IMG/VR virus record: IMGVR_UViG_3300047586_000114
Location: 1 to 61,017 of that record
DNA: 61,017 nucleotides
Strand: one strand, 5' to 3'
Source: a virus
Taxonomy: Duplodnaviria > Caudoviricetes
Position 1 is the stretch's first letter; each line of letters opens with the position of its first letter. Below the pieces are notes generated by a model. The model saw nothing but the letters and a program-made list of their open reading frames with translations. It was not told the DNA's origin and ran no database searches. A program made the translations under genes and the position numbers. Below are positions 58,051 through 61,017 of the stretch, piece by piece.

Positions 58051-58117
58051 ATAACTCCCCCCCCAATTTGTAAAACTACTTATATATTTTTGTTCCGCAA
58101 TTGGGGGAGTAATTTAA

Positions 58118-58510
58118 TTATTTCTTTTTAATTACTTTCCTAACTGGCAACCAAAACATTTGACATTTTTTTCTACCAATAATATCACAATGAAGATTGA
58201 AATCTTTTCCATCTTGATCCATAGTTCCGGACATTCTAGATGTGATCATAGGTATCCCGGGCATAAAAGGTCTGTTAGTTTGAACAGCTTCCAACGTTAC
58301 TGGTTTGACCGGTTTAAACATATAACAAGCACCAGAACTATGACCAGTTATTATTTTTCCTTTTAAACCATCTGGACGATCTTTTTCTGTTTGATAAACC
58401 GATCCACATTCGCATCTTGGTTGATGTTTACCTTCTGTTTCAAACCACAAAGCTCTATGTTCACATCTCCAACATAAACCAATTTGTTTTAAAGTTTTTG
58501 ATTTACCCAT
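58118..58510 (-). CDS. Cys-rich hypothetical protein
   Basis: CWRCEH...CEC...CYMF. Confidence 0.65.
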   Translation of the reverse strand: MGKSKTLKQIGLCWRCEHRALWFETEGKHQPRCECGSVYQTEKDRPDGLKGKIITGHSSGACYMFKPVKPVTLEAVQTNRPFMPGIPMITSRMSGTMDQDGKDFNLHCDIIGRKKCQMFWLPVRKVIKKK

Positions 58511-58519
58511 TCTAATTCC

Positions 58520-59395
58520 TTATTTATAATAGAACGATACGAATTCAGTCTTAAATATGTTATATTCATCAAGTATTTCTGCTTCTACAATCCAACCGCC
58601 CATCATAGCAGATAAACCTTTTCTTTTCATAAATGGAGTTTGTGATTGAAAAGTACCAGCTTGAAGACATGCCACATTACGATAATTAGGTAAAAATTCT
58701 GCTTTATGAAAATGACCAATTACTAACAGATGTGGTTTGGATCCACCTTCTAATTGTTCAATAATTTTTTGGGGTTTATAAGAAAGAGCATAAGCAGTTC
58801 CGCCATCAGGATGAATTAATGTAACTTTACATTGTTTGTCAGATCCCGGTACTTGAAAATAAACATCTCCAATATCTTCTCCTATAAATTCTAAATCTTC
58901 TCTAGCTGCTGCTAATTCTTTACCCACTTCAATATCAACTGTTTTGGTGAAAGATGAATCATGATTTCCTGTAATGAATTTTGTTTTAATATTTTGTCTA
59001 ACTGGAAATTGTTCAACAAACCAACTTTTTTGTTCTTTCCAACCTCTTTTATGTTGTTCAAATAATTGACCCTTATAAATATTCCAACCATCAATTAAAT
59101 CACCAGCACATAAAACTGTAGTGATTCCTCTTTCTTCTAACTCATTATAGTATATATTGAGGTAATCTATTTTTTCACATAAGGAACCAAGATGAGTATC
59201 TCCTATAACACCAAACTTTATTTTATCTGTTTTACTTTTTGATTTAATAATAATTTTCTTTTGATCTTGAACATGCTTTTTAACGATAGTTTTTAATTGT
59301 TTGTTTTCCTGTTCAAGTTGTGCAATCTTTTTCTGTCCATCTTTAGACTGTTCAAACAACTTTTTAAACTCACTCAATGGTTCTTTTTCTTTCAT
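58520..59395 (-). CDS. calcineurin-like metallophosphoesterase
   Basis: GDTHLG, GDLIDG, GNHD, H, GHFH motifs. Confidence 0.9.
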   Translation of the reverse strand: MKEKEPLSEFKKLFEQSKDGQKKIAQLEQENKQLKTIVKKHVQDQKKIIIKSKSKTDKIKFGVIGDTHLGSLCEKIDYLNIYYNELEERGITTVLCAGDLIDGWNIYKGQLFEQHKRGWKEQKSWFVEQFPVRQNIKTKFITGNHDSSFTKTVDIEVGKELAAAREDLEFIGEDIGDVYFQVPGSDKQCKVTLIHPDGGTAYALSYKPQKIIEQLEGGSKPHLLVIGHFHKAEFLPNYRNVACLQAGTFQSQTPFMKRKGLSAMMGGWIVEAEILDEYNIFKTEFVSFYYK

Positions 59396-59414
59396 ACATT
59401 AAAATCCTTTTTAA

Positions 59415-59969
59415 TTAATAAAGAGATGCATTACTCTCTATTATTTTTTTCATGTCTTTTATGATACTTCTATGACCCCAAATAGTTTGGTTATCAACTT
59501 TAATTTGCATATCCGGATATTGTTCTTTTATATATCTCCAATCAATTGAAGTAATACCACATAGTTGTTTAAATTCTGTATCAGGAATCCAACCTCTAAC
59601 CTTTAAATATTTATCAATACCATTTTTAACTTTTTCCAAATTAATAGTCTTTTTATGATATTGTTTTTTGAACATATCTAGTGCTTCTTTTTTGTTAAAT
59701 TCTTCTTTACTTTCTTCTATTTTTTCATGTTTAATATTATTTTTATCAATAACAATTTTTTTAGTATTTTTATTCTTCATCAAATTATTCATATCGTTAG
59801 TAAATGTCTTACCTCTAATATGATTCTCATTTAATCTTTTTACTAAAGATCGTTTACAATTATAAAGTTTCAATATTTCTTTGTTTGTTAATACATCTTT
59901 AAAAGTTAAATTCTTATTAACTTTAAACATGTCTATAACTAATTTTTTAAGTAGATCTGTCTTATTCAT
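59415..59969 (-). CDS. hypothetical protein
   Basis: 184 aa, AAGGAG SD, directly upstream of the phosphoesterase. Confidence 0.65.
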   Translation of the reverse strand: MNKTDLLKKLVIDMFKVNKNLTFKDVLTNKEILKLYNCKRSLVKRLNENHIRGKTFTNDMNNLMKNKNTKKIVIDKNNIKHEKIEESKEEFNKKEALDMFKKQYHKKTINLEKVKNGIDKYLKVRGWIPDTEFKQLCGITSIDWRYIKEQYPDMQIKVDNQTIWGHRSIIKDMKKIIESNASLY

Positions 59970-60061
59970 TTTTCATCTCCTTACATTTTTTTAATTTATA
60001 ATTTTGTTCTCGAGTACATTTATAATATCATAATTATCAAGTATTAAAAGAAATTTAACCA

Positions 60062-61017
60062 TCATAATAGTTCATAAAACTTCCTCCACAAATTATATTG
60101 ATCCATTCGTTCATAAATATTATTTACACTATTTTTATAAGTATTATAGTTATCTAATAAATACTTTTTAAGGTTATCATTGTACGGGTAACTAATATTA
60201 CCCAATCCCATACCCCAATAAGCATTTACTTCTAATATTATAGGTTTATCATCCTCTATAAGGAAATCAATACAACCGACTTGAATTCCTAAACATCTAA
60301 CACTATCTATTAGAAGTTGTTTATAATTATTTTCTATTATTTGAACTTTTCTATGTGATTCTATAAAATCTTCAAATGTTGCAATAGATCCGGTTAATTG
60401 ATCATAGTTATGCATCTTATGAACAAATGCATGAGTATTCAATATAGTATCATTTACAACATAACATCTACCAACATTAAGTATTAAATTCTCTTTATAC
60501 TTGATAGGCAGTATTTTTCTTGATATTATTATATCAGTATAATTAAAATTTGATTCAATTTGATTTTTATATTTCACTAGTGAGTCATAAAATGATTTTA
60601 TATCAGAATTTTTGTTAACTGAAAAAGTATTTTTTCCGCACCATCCATTATTAATTCTTAAAATACATCTTTCATATTTATCTATAAAATTGTAAATATC
60701 ATTTATATTGTTAACTATTTGATACTCTGAACATGGTATCTTATTTTTAGTCCAAATATCAAATGCAAAATTTTTTATTTTGTGGTTATATAGATAGTCT
60801 ATATTATTTATTATTTTAGCTTTTGAATGAAGTTTGATACTATTCAATTGAACTTGTATTCTTTTAAAAATATCTTTAGTAACTAATTCATCAACTGGTC
60901 TAACATAAACAATAGTATCATCGCTTACATTATCTACTATCTCTAAATAATCCAAAACATTTTTTTCACCTTTTCTCAAATAACCAAATTCTTTATAATT
61001 GGGTTCTGATATAAATA
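60062..61017 (-). CDS. ATP-grasp (RimK-like) protein, 5' end beyond window
   Basis: GCIDFL...ILEVN, G..G loop; frame stays open upstream of the track TTG (FISEPNYKEFGY) to the window end. Confidence 0.7.
   Translation of the reverse strand, partial: FISEPNYKEFGYLRKGEKNVLDYLEIVDNVSDDTIVYVRPVDELVTKDIFKRIQVQLNSIKLHSKAKIINNIDYLYNHKIKNFAFDIWTKNKIPCSEYQIVNNINDIYNFIDKYERCILRINNGWCGKNTFSVNKNSDIKSFYDSLVKYKNQIESNFNYTDIIISRKILPIKYKENLILNVGRCYVVNDTILNTHAFVHKMHNYDQLTGSIATFEDFIESHRKVQIIENNYKQLLIDSVRCLGIQVGCIDFLIEDDKPIILEVNAYWGMGLGNISYPYNDNLKKYLLDNYNTYKNSVNNIYERMDQYNLWRKFYELL

Noticed and set aside
1-61017. Stop-codon reassignment (code 15 or 4) as in some large phages
   Set aside because: Core genes are full length in code 11, and TAA, TGA and TAG all end genes at sensible positions

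Overview
AT-rich segment of a large contractile-tailed (myovirus-like, T4-style gene set) phage genome read in standard code 11. Left to right: a minus-strand replication module (5'-3' exonuclease fragment, probable sliding clamp, primase, DnaJ, clamp loader); a 1.5-kb hairpin-rich non-coding gap (candidate origin); thioredoxin and a duplicated/chimeric gene trio; a plus-strand early cluster (sigma-region-4/HTH proteins, small membrane peptides); a virion module (tail fibre, KhpA, GT2, terminase large subunit, tape measure, baseplate, tube, sheath, LRR-bearing baseplate protein); an RHH + TnpB-like nuclease; a second early cluster (vWA/peptidase + MoxR-like ATPase, tRNAs, ParB-like); and membrane, phosphoesterase and ATP-grasp genes. 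The best-supported novelty is a tRNA-Leu(UAA) split by two tandem compact group I introns separated by a 7-nt micro-exon. One intron is at the classical 34/35 anticodon site, the other at an atypical 27/28 anticodon-stem site. Also notable: several plus-strand intergenic RNAs with loop-loop complementarity, a recurring GAACAAA promoter-like motif, a candidate +1 frameshift and a pilin-like mini-peptide. All protein calls rest on motif recognition by eye; no searches were run.
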